NCBI GenBank assembly: GCA_963817525.1
Contig: CAWFOU010000001.1
Location: forward strand, 960,001-1,024,000
From: an uncultured archaeon
GTDB lineage: Archaea > Thermoproteota > Nitrososphaeria > Nitrososphaerales > Gagatemarchaeaceae
DNA: 64,000 nucleotides
Direction: 5' to 3'
In this document: in pieces, positions 1 through 9,673 of the stretch
How the letters are laid out: the number at the start of each line of letters is the position of its first letter
Position numbering within the stretch: position 1 is the stretch's first letter
Notes under the pieces: model-generated
What the model saw: the letters and a program-made list of their open reading frames with translations, nothing else
The model's database searches: none
What the model was told of the DNA's origin: nothing
Position numbers and translations under genes: made by a program

Positions 1-219
1 AAGGCCAAGGGGAACGGGATCAGCAGCTCGGTGGAACTGGACAACACCTTCAACATCGAGGACGCGCCCGGAGGCTCGGGCACGTTGGTGAAGTGGGCCG
101 CCGACGCGAAGATAGCGGGCCTCATGGCAAGCGTCGGCTCGAGGCTCATAGACGCGGCCGCGCAGAAATACGTCGGCGAGATAATCGGGTCCTTGAAAGA
201 GAAGCTCTCTTCTTCCTAG
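1..219 (+). CDS. CoxG/SRPBCC family protein, 3' part (5' end outside window)
   Basis: C-terminal motif 'W.ADAKIAGLMASVGSRLIDAAA' typical of CoxG; adjacent to a CoxL-like gene. Confidence 0.75.
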   Translation, partial: KAKGNGISSSVELDNTFNIEDAPGGSGTLVKWAADAKIAGLMASVGSRLIDAAAQKYVGEIIGSLKEKLSSS

Positions 220-2585
220 CTGCTCTCGTCCATCAGGCCCCTTAGGTAGCTCGGCGAGGCCGGCATCCTGTCCACCACCACGTGGAGGCTCGACAGGGCG
301 TCCTCGACCGCGTTGATCACTGCCGGCGTGGCGGCGATCGCCCCGGCCTCCCCGATGCCCTTCACCCCCAGCAGGTTGGAGTCGGTCGGCGTCTCGGTCG
401 TGCCCCAGACTATGGTCGGGAGCATGTCGGCCGAGGGTATGAGGTAGTCGGCGAGGGTCGTTGACAGCGGCTGCCCGTCCTCGTCGGTGACCACGTCCTC
501 GATGAGCGCCTGCCCTATCCCCTGTACGACGCCCCCGTGGACCTGGCCTTCGACCACGAGGGGGTTCAGTATCTTGCCGCAGTCGTCGGCAGCGAAGTAC
601 TTTAGGATCTTTGCCGCGCCTGACTCCCTGTCTACCTCCACCAGGACGATGTGGTTCCCGAAGGGGTAGGCGTTGCTCTTTGGGGCGTAGGCGGTGTGCG
701 CGAACAGGGTCGGCTCCATCCCTGGGGGGAGCTCCCCGGTGTCGTAGGCGAGGGCCGCCACCTCTGAGAACTTCAGTCTCCTGGAGGGCTGCTCCTCCAG
801 ATAGACGTAGCCCTTGCTGAAGACGGTCTTCGCCGAAGGCCTCGCACCGAGCTTGCGAGCCGCCACGACCGACATCTTCTCCCTTAGCTTCCTCGCGCAT
901 AGCAACGCCGCGCTCCCGGAGAGGGCCGCCGACCTGCTCCCCGCCGTGAGGGTCCCCCACGGCAGCGCCGCCGTGTCCCCGTCGCGGACGGTGACGTCCT
1001 CCATCGGGACGCCGAGCTCGTCGGCGACGACCTGCGAGAAGGTGGTCGCGTGGCCTTGGCCGTGGGAGTGCCCCCCGAGGCTCAGGAGGAGGCGCCCCTC
1101 CTCGCTCACGGAGAGGGAGGCCGTCTGGGGCCAAGTCGGGCCGAACGAGCAGACCTCGACCCACGTCGCGATGCCGATGCCCACGAGCCTGCCGTCCTCC
1201 CTCGCGCGCCTCCGCTCCGCGAGGAGGGCCGAGTAGTCCGCGAGCTCCAAGGCCTTCTTGAGGTTCGAGTGGTAGTCCCCCGAGTCGTAGACGTAGCCGC
1301 CCGCCGTCTTGAACGGAAAGCGCTCCTTCTTGATGTAGTTGAGCTGCCTGACCTTGATGGGGTCCAGCCTCAGCCTCGCCGACGCGATGCTCACGGCCCT
1401 CTCTATGAGGTACGTGGCCTCCGGCCGCCCCGCACCTCGGTACGCCCCCAGGGGGACCTTGTTGGTCATCACCACTTCGGCTGAGGCCTCGTAGTTCGGG
1501 ACGTCGTAGACGCCCGTGCCCATCTTCAGGGTCAGTTCGGCCTGCGAGCTTTCAGCCCCGTATGCGCCGGAGTCGACGATTAGCCTGACCTTGAGCCCCC
1601 GTATGCGACCGTCCCGGGACATCGCGAGGTCCACGAACTGCACCTGCCCCCGCCCGTGCTTCATGGTGAGGAGGTTCTCCCGCCGGCTCTCGACCCACTT
1701 CACCGGCCTGCGGAGGGTGCGCGCGGCGAAGCAGACGGCAATGTCCTCGGGGAAGATACCGATCTTGCCCCCGAACGCGCCCCCGACGTCGGGCGCGACG
1801 ACCCTCACGTCCTCGGGGTTCATCGAGAGGAGCTTCGCGAGCTCGTCCCTGGCGCCGTGTGGGTCCTGCGTAGAGAGGTGGACCATGAGGCCTCCTGCCT
1901 CGTCGAACCTGGCCACGACGCCCCTGGGCTCCATCGGCGTGGGGCTTAGGCGCTGGTTGTAGAGCTTCACCTTCACCACCTCGTCGGCGCGCGCGAACGC
2001 CTTCTCTGGGTCTCCGGCGGCGAACGACATCTTGGCGCCCACGTTGCTTTTCAGGCCCTCGTGCACCCTTGGCGAGCCCTGCTTGAGCGCCTCCTCAGGG
2101 TCGATGACGGCGGGGAGCGCGTCGTACTCGACGGAGACCAGCTCCGCACCGTCCTCGGCGGCGTAGGCGTCCTCAGCGAGGACCACGGCCACGGGTTCGC
2201 CGACGAAGCTCGTTGTCTCCAGCGCGAGCGCCCTCTGGACGACGCTGGGGGCGCTGCTGCGCGACCCCTCCGCCAATTCGCCCTCCCCTCCCCCTCCCGC
2301 GAGCGGCTTGACTTTGCCCTCGAGGTCCGCCGCGGTGTAGACGGCGACCACCCCTGGCGAGGCCGCCGCTTCCGAGGCCTCGACCTTCACGACCCTCGCG
2401 TGGGGGTGGGGGCTCCTAACGAAAGCGGCGTGCAGGGTCCCGGCGAGGCGCACGTCGTCCAGGTAGTTCGCAGTGCCGGTGAGGAACTTCCTGTCCTCGA
2501 CCCTCCTGATGGGCTGCCCTACGAGGAGGCGAGGCTTCGTGATGACGCGGGTCGCCGCGCGCTGGCCCCGTGGCCGCTTTGACAC
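216..2585 (-). CDS. Xanthine dehydrogenase family molybdopterin-binding large subunit (CoxL form II-like/aldehyde oxidoreductase)
   Basis: RRVED..LTG...YLDD, VRSPHPHA, GGAFGGK, AYRGAGRPE, GQGH.T, QVHGG..QGIG and KGIGE motifs. Confidence 0.92.
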   Translation of the reverse strand: MSKRPRGQRAATRVITKPRLLVGQPIRRVEDRKFLTGTANYLDDVRLAGTLHAAFVRSPHPHARVVKVEASEAAASPGVVAVYTAADLEGKVKPLAGGGGEGELAEGSRSSAPSVVQRALALETTSFVGEPVAVVLAEDAYAAEDGAELVSVEYDALPAVIDPEEALKQGSPRVHEGLKSNVGAKMSFAAGDPEKAFARADEVVKVKLYNQRLSPTPMEPRGVVARFDEAGGLMVHLSTQDPHGARDELAKLLSMNPEDVRVVAPDVGGAFGGKIGIFPEDIAVCFAARTLRRPVKWVESRRENLLTMKHGRGQVQFVDLAMSRDGRIRGLKVRLIVDSGAYGAESSQAELTLKMGTGVYDVPNYEASAEVVMTNKVPLGAYRGAGRPEATYLIERAVSIASARLRLDPIKVRQLNYIKKERFPFKTAGGYVYDSGDYHSNLKKALELADYSALLAERRRAREDGRLVGIGIATWVEVCSFGPTWPQTASLSVSEEGRLLLSLGGHSHGQGHATTFSQVVADELGVPMEDVTVRDGDTAALPWGTLTAGSRSAALSGSAALLCARKLREKMSVVAARKLGARPSAKTVFSKGYVYLEEQPSRRLKFSEVAALAYDTGELPPGMEPTLFAHTAYAPKSNAYPFGNHIVLVEVDRESGAAKILKYFAADDCGKILNPLVVEGQVHGGVVQGIGQALIEDVVTDEDGQPLSTTLADYLIPSADMLPTIVWGTTETPTDSNLLGVKGIGEAGAIAATPAVINAVEDALSSLHVVVDRMPASPSYLRGLMDESS

Positions 2586-2633
2586 GAGGGGACGAGGTCT
2601 AGGGACGGTTAAGAAAGTTTGCCCGGGAGGAGG

Positions 2634-3866
2634 CTAGCGCGCCGCCCGCTGGTGGGTCGCGGTCCTCTGCTCGCCCATCGACACTATGCTGACGCTCACC
2701 TTCATCTCCTCCTCGAGGTACTCCACGAACTTCTCCATAGGCCTGTGGAGCCGAGCGGTGGTGAGCTCCGCGCCGTAGAGCGGGGGCAGGTCGAGGTAGA
2801 CGGGCTTGACCCGGTCGAGCTCCGGGAGCGCCCTGGAGAACTGGTCGGTCTCGGTCCCGTCCACGTCGTAGTGGGTGCACACCTTGAACTCCTTCAGCTT
2901 GGTCAGGATGTCGAGCTTGGTGAGGGCGAGGGTAGAGACGCCGTTCATCTTCACCGCGTACTTTAGGGCGACGAGGTCGAGCCAGCCCACCCTCCTCGGC
3001 CTCCCGGTGGTGGCGCCGTACTCCCTCCCCGTCTCCCTGATGAGCATCTCGACCTTGCCGTGGATCTCCGTGGGGAACGGCCCTTCACCTACGCGGGTCG
3101 CGTACGCCTTGGCGACCCCCATCACGTCGCCGAGCGAGGTGGCGGGGATCCCGAGGCTGGCGGGGACGTAGCTCGCCAGTGTGTGGGTGCCCGTGACGTA
3201 GGGGTAGGTCCCGTGTATGAGGTCCAGGAGGACTCCCTGCGCGCCCTCGAAGAGGACCGCGTGGCCCGCCTCGTTCGTCTCCATTATCTCCTCGCCCACG
3301 TCACCGACGAGCCCTCTGAGGGAGGCCCTTGCGGACTCGGTCCATCCCTCCAGGGGCGGGAGCTTCTTCATGAACGTCTTGTAGAACGCAAGCGCGGAGC
3401 TCAGGTCGAAGGTGCCCCTCTCGAGGTCCCCCGCCCTGGGCGTGAGGCGTAGCGCTCTCATCGCGTACGACGGGCCGATGCCCCTCTTGGTCGTGCCGAT
3501 CGCCTTCTTCCCCCTCAGCTCCTCGATGAACGCGTCCATCTCCTTCTCGAGGGGGGTGACGATCGTGCACCTCCCGTCGACGGCGAGGTCGGCCTTGTGC
3601 CCCTCCCGCTTTATCATCTCCACCTCCTCCTTGAGGGTCTGCGGGTCGACGGCCACCCCGGGCCCGATGAGGAGCCGCTTGCCCTTGAGGAGTCCCGAGG
3701 GGAGGAGGTGGAAGACGTAGGACTTCTTTCCAATCACTATGGTGTGCCCGGCGTTGCTCCCGCCGTTGTAGCGGACGACGGAGTGGAACTTGTCAGCGTA
3801 GTAGTCTACTATCTTCCCCTTGCCTTCGTCCCCCCACTGGAGGCCCACGATGCAAAGGTTCCGCAA
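2634..3866 (-). CDS. purA: Adenylosuccinate synthetase
   Basis: GLQWGDEGKGK, GSNAGHT, EGAQG, TTGRPRRVGWLD; start moved to TTG 3866, with an AT-rich TATA-like site ~3890-3898. Confidence 0.96.
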   Translation of the reverse strand: MRNLCIVGLQWGDEGKGKIVDYYADKFHSVVRYNGGSNAGHTIVIGKKSYVFHLLPSGLLKGKRLLIGPGVAVDPQTLKEEVEMIKREGHKADLAVDGRCTIVTPLEKEMDAFIEELRGKKAIGTTKRGIGPSYAMRALRLTPRAGDLERGTFDLSSALAFYKTFMKKLPPLEGWTESARASLRGLVGDVGEEIMETNEAGHAVLFEGAQGVLLDLIHGTYPYVTGTHTLASYVPASLGIPATSLGDVMGVAKAYATRVGEGPFPTEIHGKVEMLIRETGREYGATTGRPRRVGWLDLVALKYAVKMNGVSTLALTKLDILTKLKEFKVCTHYDVDGTETDQFSRALPELDRVKPVYLDLPPLYGAELTTARLHRPMEKFVEYLEEEMKVSVSIVSMGEQRTATHQRAAR

Positions 3867-3917
3867 ACCGCGCCATCTTCGCCGAGGCGCATTTAACTCT
3901 ATTCGAGCAAAAGTGAT

Positions 3918-3931
3918 TGGCGCCGGCAACG
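3918..3931. repeat. Degenerate copy of the tRNA-Ser 3' end (relic att site)
   Basis: tggcgccggcaacg vs tggcgccggcgacg at 16016-16029 (13/14). Confidence 0.5.
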
Positions 3932-4109
3932 CGCGCCAGTTGAATAAGCGAGGCGCCTTCCCCAATCTTGGCCTGATACAGACTGATTCCCAACCTTGGT
4001 GTTGCTCATATCCGCCCCTTTGAAAAAAAGAGACTTAGACGAAGCGGGCAAAGCAAAGAGGGAAACAATAAAGCGGAAAGCCATCTTCTTCAGAATCAGG
4101 AGAGCCGAT

Positions 4110-4739
4110 ATGCGGAGTGTAGGAGGGAAGCGTCGAGGCAGAGATGGCTTACTCGTCACTCTGGGCGCGGCCCTTGCGCTCATCATCTTGCTGGTCCTGC
4201 AGTCGGTCATCGGCATCGGTCTTCCCAGCACGAGAACCGTGACCCTGACTGTCACGACTTCGGATGCCTACACAGTGCAGGTCGCCAACGCATACGCAGC
4301 TCACGTTGCGGAGATGAGCGGCAGAGACATCAGCGCATTAGCAGGCGGTTACGAGGGCAACGCGACAATAGAGTGGGTTGGGAACGCGGGGGGGCTCAGA
4401 GGGAACTACAGCGGGGCGCAAAATATCAAAATCCTGTGGGGCGGCACCATAGGCAAGTTCAAGAATTTCTCGGTGTCGAGTGAACATGAATCCATAGGAG
4501 TCAGCAAGGGCGATGTCTACGTGGTCAATTCTACGCTTGACTTTCAAGGGTGGGAATACTGCGGCATCTCATTCAACCCGGCACTGGTGGGCAACGCGAA
4601 CGGGTCTGTAATCGCTCAGGACGTCTACGAGCAAGTCTCCAACAGCTCTTCATCATCATGGCTCATCACGAGAGAGACGTGGAACTTCACCCAAGTAAAC
4701 GAACCGACGTACGGTTGCATTCCTTTTCCCTCCCCCTAG
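4110..4739 (+). CDS. Membrane-anchored exported protein with NTF2/SnoaL-like domain
   Basis: Basic N-terminus plus hydrophobic helix, Thr-rich linker, 'DISALAGGY..NATIEW...GNYSG..NI..LW ... WLITRETW'; start uncertain. Confidence 0.6.
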   Translation: MRSVGGKRRGRDGLLVTLGAALALIILLVLQSVIGIGLPSTRTVTLTVTTSDAYTVQVANAYAAHVAEMSGRDISALAGGYEGNATIEWVGNAGGLRGNYSGAQNIKILWGGTIGKFKNFSVSSEHESIGVSKGDVYVVNSTLDFQGWEYCGISFNPALVGNANGSVIAQDVYEQVSNSSSSSWLITRETWNFTQVNEPTYGCIPFPSP

Positions 4740-4971
4740 CTACCTCCCTGCCCTCTCCGTCGAGAACCATGCGAGGCCTCCTAACGAACACGAATAAACC
4801 TGAAAGCCGACGTGGCCGCCGGGACGAAGCAGAGAGGGGTTAATCCAGTGAGAAAACCGGTGCAAAATTCAATATGGTTGGACCTGGTGGATATCCTCCC
4901 CTGACAACGGCGAGATTTTGAAGGCGGACATGGCTATATTCCCTTCCCTGCGGCGCCAGCGATAGGGGAGA

Positions 4972-5028
4972 GGCGCCGGCGACGAGATTTGAACTCGCAA
5001 GCCCTTTCGAGCGGCAGCTTTCCAGGCT
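4972..5028. repeat. att site (57-bp copy of tRNA-Ser 3' half)
   Basis: ggcgccggcgacgagatttgaactcgcaagccctttcgagcggcagctttccaggct identical to 16017-16073. Confidence 0.96.
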
Positions 5029-5924
5029 CTGTTAGCCCAGTTGGAGACCCCATCGACTGGGCGGCCTTCAAACAGTGGCTAGACGCTCAATACTCACCCA
5101 AACACGCGAGGCAAGTCTTCTCCCGCGCCGTCACCTACCACGAGGCCGCCACGGATGCAGCGAAGGCGGCTCAGCTGAAGGCGCTGTCCAAAGACAAGAG
5201 GCGGCTGATCATGGAAGGCTTAGCGGCTTATGCCAAGTTCAGCGGCACCTACGAGATATGGCAGAGCGTACGAAGGCAAGCCGGCTTGAAGTGGGGGCAG
5301 AGCGACCCTCTGAAGGTCATAAACGCCCTCGTAAGCGGAGAGGCGACCCACGCTCTCGAATGGCTGAACGAGGTAGCGGCAAGATTGCCCGTTCCCTATC
5401 GCGTCGTGCTGGTATTCGCCGCGCTAACCGGTCTAAGACCCACCGAGGCAGCGAACTCCTGCGCCCTAATCTATGAGCTATCCTCAAAGGGACAGCTAGC
5501 GGACTACTATGACGCAGACCTCAAGATGCTCCAGCACTTCAAGTACCCTAAGGTCTTCTTGCGCCGCACGAAGAACGCATACATCACCTTCGTCGGCCCG
5601 CGACTGATTGAGGCAGTGGCATCGATGGAGCCTGTCGCATTTAGCACGGTGTCAAAGGCGATTAGGTCGCATCTTGGCATGCAGGTGCAGGCGAAGAACT
5701 TGCGCAAGCATTATGCGACGTTTCTACGCAAGTACCTGGAGCAAGAGATGATAGATTTGGTACAAGGACGCGTGGGCTCGAGCGTCTTCGCCAAGCACTA
5801 CTATAGGCCCCTGATTATGGAGTTACGTGACCGGGTCCTTACCGCACTCAAGCCGCTGGAAGACGACCTAGTGCCGCTTCTGGCGATAGAACCTTCAAGA
5901 ATTGAAGGAAGCATTCAACCCTAG
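4972..5924 (+). CDS. Tyrosine integrase, C-terminal catalytic fragment (int-C)
   Basis: TGLRPTEA, K..Y, LRKHYAT, QGR....F.KHY catalytic motifs; reading frame enters through the att repeat. Confidence 0.9.
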
Positions 5925-5970
5925 CACCGAGAACAGGGCTTCTCTCGGTAAGTGTTGCTCACGAGGGCTG

Positions 5971-6618
5971 TTAGGAATGCAGCTGAAGCCTGCTTTCAAG
6001 TTCTTGAAGTGCCGCGTGCATCGCCTCAGTGGCGGTAGGGCCGCTTGCACGGAAGGAGCCGATATCATGTGGACCACAATTTACTCCTACTACGTAGATG
6101 TGCCCTTGGCTTCGTTCCTCAGCTTCCAACCATTCTTCATGATTTGAATAGTTGTTCAACTCAATGGAAATGTCATCGTCCTCAAGAACCGTGACGTATC
6201 CTCCGGGCTGGACTTCACTCTCTTTTGCATAAGCTAACATCCTCCTCCTGATCTTGTTAAGCCACATCGTTTCTATGTCATCCTTGATTTTTTGCGCTGC
6301 GGCTTCAGCAGTGAAGTCAGGTGGTGCAAGTTCCCAAACTCGCTCGCGTACAGGCACAGAGTACTTCTTCCCAGACGTCCCTGTCCATTTTATGTCATCA
6401 CCTCTCAGCAAGCTGCCAATGACAAGGCCTCTTTTCTCCAGACTATGCAATGAACGAAGCAATGTCTGCCTAGCATCCAAACCATAGTCATAGCTACCAC
6501 GACGCCGCCTTACCTTCTCGGCGAGGACAGCTTCTGCAATCTCTTGCGTTGTGGATAGTGGCACGGCTCGAAGGTAACCCAAAACAGCGTTCTGCTGTTT
6601 GCTAAGCCCTCGGCTCAT
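5971..6618 (-). CDS. Winged-helix DNA-binding protein
   Basis: 'LSKQQNAVLGYL...LSTTQEIAE...LLRSLHSLEKRGLV' wHTH pattern. Confidence 0.6.
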   Translation of the reverse strand: MSRGLSKQQNAVLGYLRAVPLSTTQEIAEAVLAEKVRRRRGSYDYGLDARQTLLRSLHSLEKRGLVIGSLLRGDDIKWTGTSGKKYSVPVRERVWELAPPDFTAEAAAQKIKDDIETMWLNKIRRRMLAYAKESEVQPGGYVTVLEDDDISIELNNYSNHEEWLEAEERSQGHIYVVGVNCGPHDIGSFRASGPTATEAMHAALQELESRLQLHS

Positions 6619-6672
6619 AGTAGCATCTCCAGGTATTGCTGCTGAGCAACACTTACTCGTCCGGCACGTCCT

Positions 6673-7413
6673 CTACGAGCTGATGAGTTCATCTTCGAGC
6701 CTTCTGAGAGCTTGGGTGGCTGCTTCCCGTGCGCTCGAACCACCTACCATGATGGTGGTTGACCTCAGCACGCCGGGAATCTCGCTTCCGATCCAAACAA
6801 CGTATCTGAATCCCTTTGTCTGCTCGCTCAAATCCGGCAATAGTTCGCCGTTTGGCAACTTTCCTATTTGGAGGGTGAGAATGCGGCCCTCATAGATGGT
6901 AACTTGCTGACCTGGCGCAAGCGGACGTCCTTCTGCAAGACTCAGACATTGTTGCCTGACGTCTTCGAAGAGCCTTCGTTCAAGACTACTTTTCCTAACC
7001 TGAGCCTTGTGGGAAGGTTCCTCGGTCGCCGGCTTTTGAGGAGACTCATCAGAATGACCTCGCTTTCCAATTTGACCGTCGGGCCTTGGTGTTTCGCTTA
7101 AGCTGCTGTCATCCGCAAGAGCTGACTTTTTGGGTGACCAGCGGTGCCTTGCAGTTCTGAAGGGAGGTTTTGGAGAGGTCCTCTTTACAACGTGTTCTCC
7201 TCTGCCCTGGTCTCGAGTGTATCGCGCCCAAGTATCTCTGCTTGCCTGCTTGGCATTTCTTCGAGACCTGTGGAACTTTGCCTCGAGCCCCCGTATTTCT
7301 TCCTCAGTGAGGTCTGAGGTCCTGGCGTTCCTAGATTGGAAGATTTTCGCAATCGTCCAACTCATCCTTCCGACCATGAACTTGTATTTGCCTGGCCCTA
7401 TGATTTCATACAT
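6673..7413 (-). CDS. Hypothetical protein with basic disordered centre
   Basis: 246-aa ORF co-oriented with neighbouring island genes; no family recognised. Confidence 0.5.
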   Translation of the reverse strand: MYEIIGPGKYKFMVGRMSWTIAKIFQSRNARTSDLTEEEIRGLEAKFHRSRRNAKQASRDTWARYTRDQGRGEHVVKRTSPKPPFRTARHRWSPKKSALADDSSLSETPRPDGQIGKRGHSDESPQKPATEEPSHKAQVRKSSLERRLFEDVRQQCLSLAEGRPLAPGQQVTIYEGRILTLQIGKLPNGELLPDLSEQTKGFRYVVWIGSEIPGVLRSTTIMVGGSSAREAATQALRRLEDELISS

Positions 7414-7480
7414 TTGTCATCAATAGTATATTTCGGCCAGGATGATACGCTAGATTTCGCCTTATTCTGAGGCTCGAAGC

Positions 7481-8131
7481 CTATTCCAAGCCTCTAGCTC
7501 GCTTCTTGCGGAGAAATTCTCCGAGTGCGAGGATCAAGTGTTCAAACCGCCGCATTAACTCCAGTACCTCACCTGGTTGCAGAGATATTTCTTCATCCAG
7601 GACCTTGGCCGCTCCATCTTTCTCAACTATCACAATTCGTCCTGCGGGGGCTTGCCATAGGCTGCTAGGCGTTTGTTTCCATTTGAGAAAGAACCTAAAG
7701 GACAGCGCCTTGTCCTTCTTGATGGCGTCATGTTTTATTTCCTCAGAGTATAGAATTGCAAGCAGGACCTTGACATTCAACCTAACACGGCTTAAGACAA
7801 AGCTCCGCTCGAGGTCAACGCTGCCGGTTACGAGGACATCGCTCTTTAGCAACTCCTCGTAGAAAATTGGCACCCTTATGTTGTAGAGCCTGTGACTTTT
7901 TCCCACATTTACTCTGACGGAATACCTCAGGGTGCTCCGAGATGTGGCCTTCTTGAGCGTCTTGGGTGTATCGATAGGAAAATTGATGTCGTCGGTATTT
8001 CTCGAGAGCGGGATATCTTCCAGAACTCTACCACAATTCTCGCACACTAACTCCGCTTCGTCAGGGGATGAAGCGAAATCATAAGCGAAGATGCTTCCAT
8101 GCCCACAATCAGGACAGATACGATCTTTCAT
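7481..8131 (-). CDS. TFIIB-type zinc-ribbon protein
   Basis: N-terminal CPDCG...ELVCENCGRVLE resembles the TFB Zn ribbon; no cyclin repeats. Confidence 0.65.
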   Translation of the reverse strand: MKDRICPDCGHGSIFAYDFASSPDEAELVCENCGRVLEDIPLSRNTDDINFPIDTPKTLKKATSRSTLRYSVRVNVGKSHRLYNIRVPIFYEELLKSDVLVTGSVDLERSFVLSRVRLNVKVLLAILYSEEIKHDAIKKDKALSFRFFLKWKQTPSSLWQAPAGRIVIVEKDGAAKVLDEEISLQPGEVLELMRRFEHLILALGEFLRKKRARGLE

Positions 8132-8203
8132 TTGGATGCCTACGCCGAGAATCCCCCAATCGCAAGAGCCAAATCTGAAACAATCGAGAAGACGCGCGGG
8201 TGG

Positions 8204-9175
8204 CTAGGCCACCTGCATAGCCAGCCTCTCCTGTCGGAGATACTTCAGATACGGTAGCGACACAACCTCGCATCTCCCATCCCGTATCCTAATGAGGTCA
8301 ATTGCAGCCAGCTCTTCGTCATCAGTGCCTTCCTTCCAATGAGGTATCCAATTCTTGTCGTTCTCCACAAACTCGATTGTCTGCTGGGCGAAACCAACCT
8401 TGGAGAAGACAAACACATTCGCCTCAGCTGGGTTCAGACCCTGCAGGATGTCGGTCAACCTTTGATGGATGTCTTTGACTTCGGTCAGCGTCATCGGGTC
8501 TGGCCCCTCGTGCATAATTGCGATATACACAAGCTCCAATTTGCTCCCGAGGGCCCCATCTTGCAACTTGTCCCATATGGTGTCCCAAGGCACTCCAACA
8601 TACACGCTTGCTCGGATTGTAGATTTTTTCCCTTTGACATCGACATTCAATTGCAATAGTTGGGGCGACTCTTCGAGTATCGAATCCAAGTTGGAGTCCG
8701 CTTTGCGGAGTATCGTTGCAATCTGCTCCGAGTCTGTTTTTCCGGAGTCTAACCTCTCAGCTTGGAAGACAGTCTCCTCGTGCGACTCTATGAGCTCCAT
8801 CATGTGGAAGTCCAAATGCGATACATCGTCCCTGCTTCTTCGAATTCTGATGTAGGTGTAGGAAAACACTCCAAGCAGGAAGAGCATGGCCACGGTGACC
8901 TCAACATCAAAAGCAGAGCTTCGGTAGAATGAAGCAACGTAACCCCAGTACACGACATAGAGAGCGAGAAGTAGGGCGATCGCGCCGATTGTTACCGTCT
9001 TGAGCCTCGCGAGGAGCCATTGTAAATCGCGTGATATTGACATGTAGTCGCCAGTTAGAGTTTCGATGAAATCGATGGTGGCGGCAGCCTGTGAAGCCGC
9101 GGCGTCCTTGTCCTTATCGCTGGTACTAGTATTACTCAACCGATCAACAACTGAATTGATGCGTATAATAGACAA
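8204..9175 (-). CDS. 2-TM membrane protein with C-terminal restriction-endonuclease-like (Mrr-like) domain
   Basis: Two hydrophobic helices (~aa 60-107); 'MTLTEVKDI...VFVFSKVGFAQQTIEF' resembles the Mrr C-terminal motif. Confidence 0.5.
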   Translation of the reverse strand: MSIIRINSVVDRLSNTSTSDKDKDAAASQAAATIDFIETLTGDYMSISRDLQWLLARLKTVTIGAIALLLALYVVYWGYVASFYRSSAFDVEVTVAMLFLLGVFSYTYIRIRRSRDDVSHLDFHMMELIESHEETVFQAERLDSGKTDSEQIATILRKADSNLDSILEESPQLLQLNVDVKGKKSTIRASVYVGVPWDTIWDKLQDGALGSKLELVYIAIMHEGPDPMTLTEVKDIHQRLTDILQGLNPAEANVFVFSKVGFAQQTIEFVENDKNWIPHWKEGTDDEELAAIDLIRIRDGRCEVVSLPYLKYLRQERLAMQVA

Positions 9176-9187
9176 CAGACAACAAAG

Positions 9188-9634
9188 TTACCCTTCTTTT
9201 CGCTCTCCGGTTCGGCGCATTAAGACCCTGGAAGCGCTTTCAGCGTATCGGAGAAATGCCTGTCCAAGCTTCTGATATCCGTCCTCTCCCACATCGGTAA
9301 TTTTGTACCGCTTTCTGCCTTGGTCGTCATCGAAGCTCTCGAGCCAACCCATCCCAAGAAGGACTTCTAGCTGCTTCTGGAAGAGGTTTGTCCGAGGATT
9401 GGAACCCTTCGAATCCGCCGTTACTGCGTCTGTCAAGGCGCCCCTGGTGTCGGCACTCCAATTCTGTTCGGGGGAGTACAGGTTGGTGCGTATGTAGTGG
9501 GCAGTCGGCCAAAGGGTCTGGCCTGTGGCGATGCGACTCTTGTATCTACACAGAAACTCTGCAATCTTAAATTGGATAACATAGCCGGGCCTGTTTGGTC
9601 TAGACCGCATTGGCTGCCGTTTCAGGCTCGGCAA
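9188..9634 (-). CDS. Winged-helix (PadR-like) protein
   Basis: 'LEVLLGMGWLES...GRKRYKITDVG' wing motif; start uncertain. Confidence 0.6.
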   Translation of the reverse strand: MPSLKRQPMRSRPNRPGYVIQFKIAEFLCRYKSRIATGQTLWPTAHYIRTNLYSPEQNWSADTRGALTDAVTADSKGSNPRTNLFQKQLEVLLGMGWLESFDDDQGRKRYKITDVGEDGYQKLGQAFLRYAESASRVLMRRTGERKEG

Positions 9635-9673
9635 TGGTCTCCAGTCCTGTGATTGGCAGAATACCGCCGGTGA

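Noticed and set aside
216-2585. True aerobic CO dehydrogenase (form I CoxL)
   Set aside because: Active-site loop is AYRGAGR, not AYxCSFR; substrate cannot be assigned
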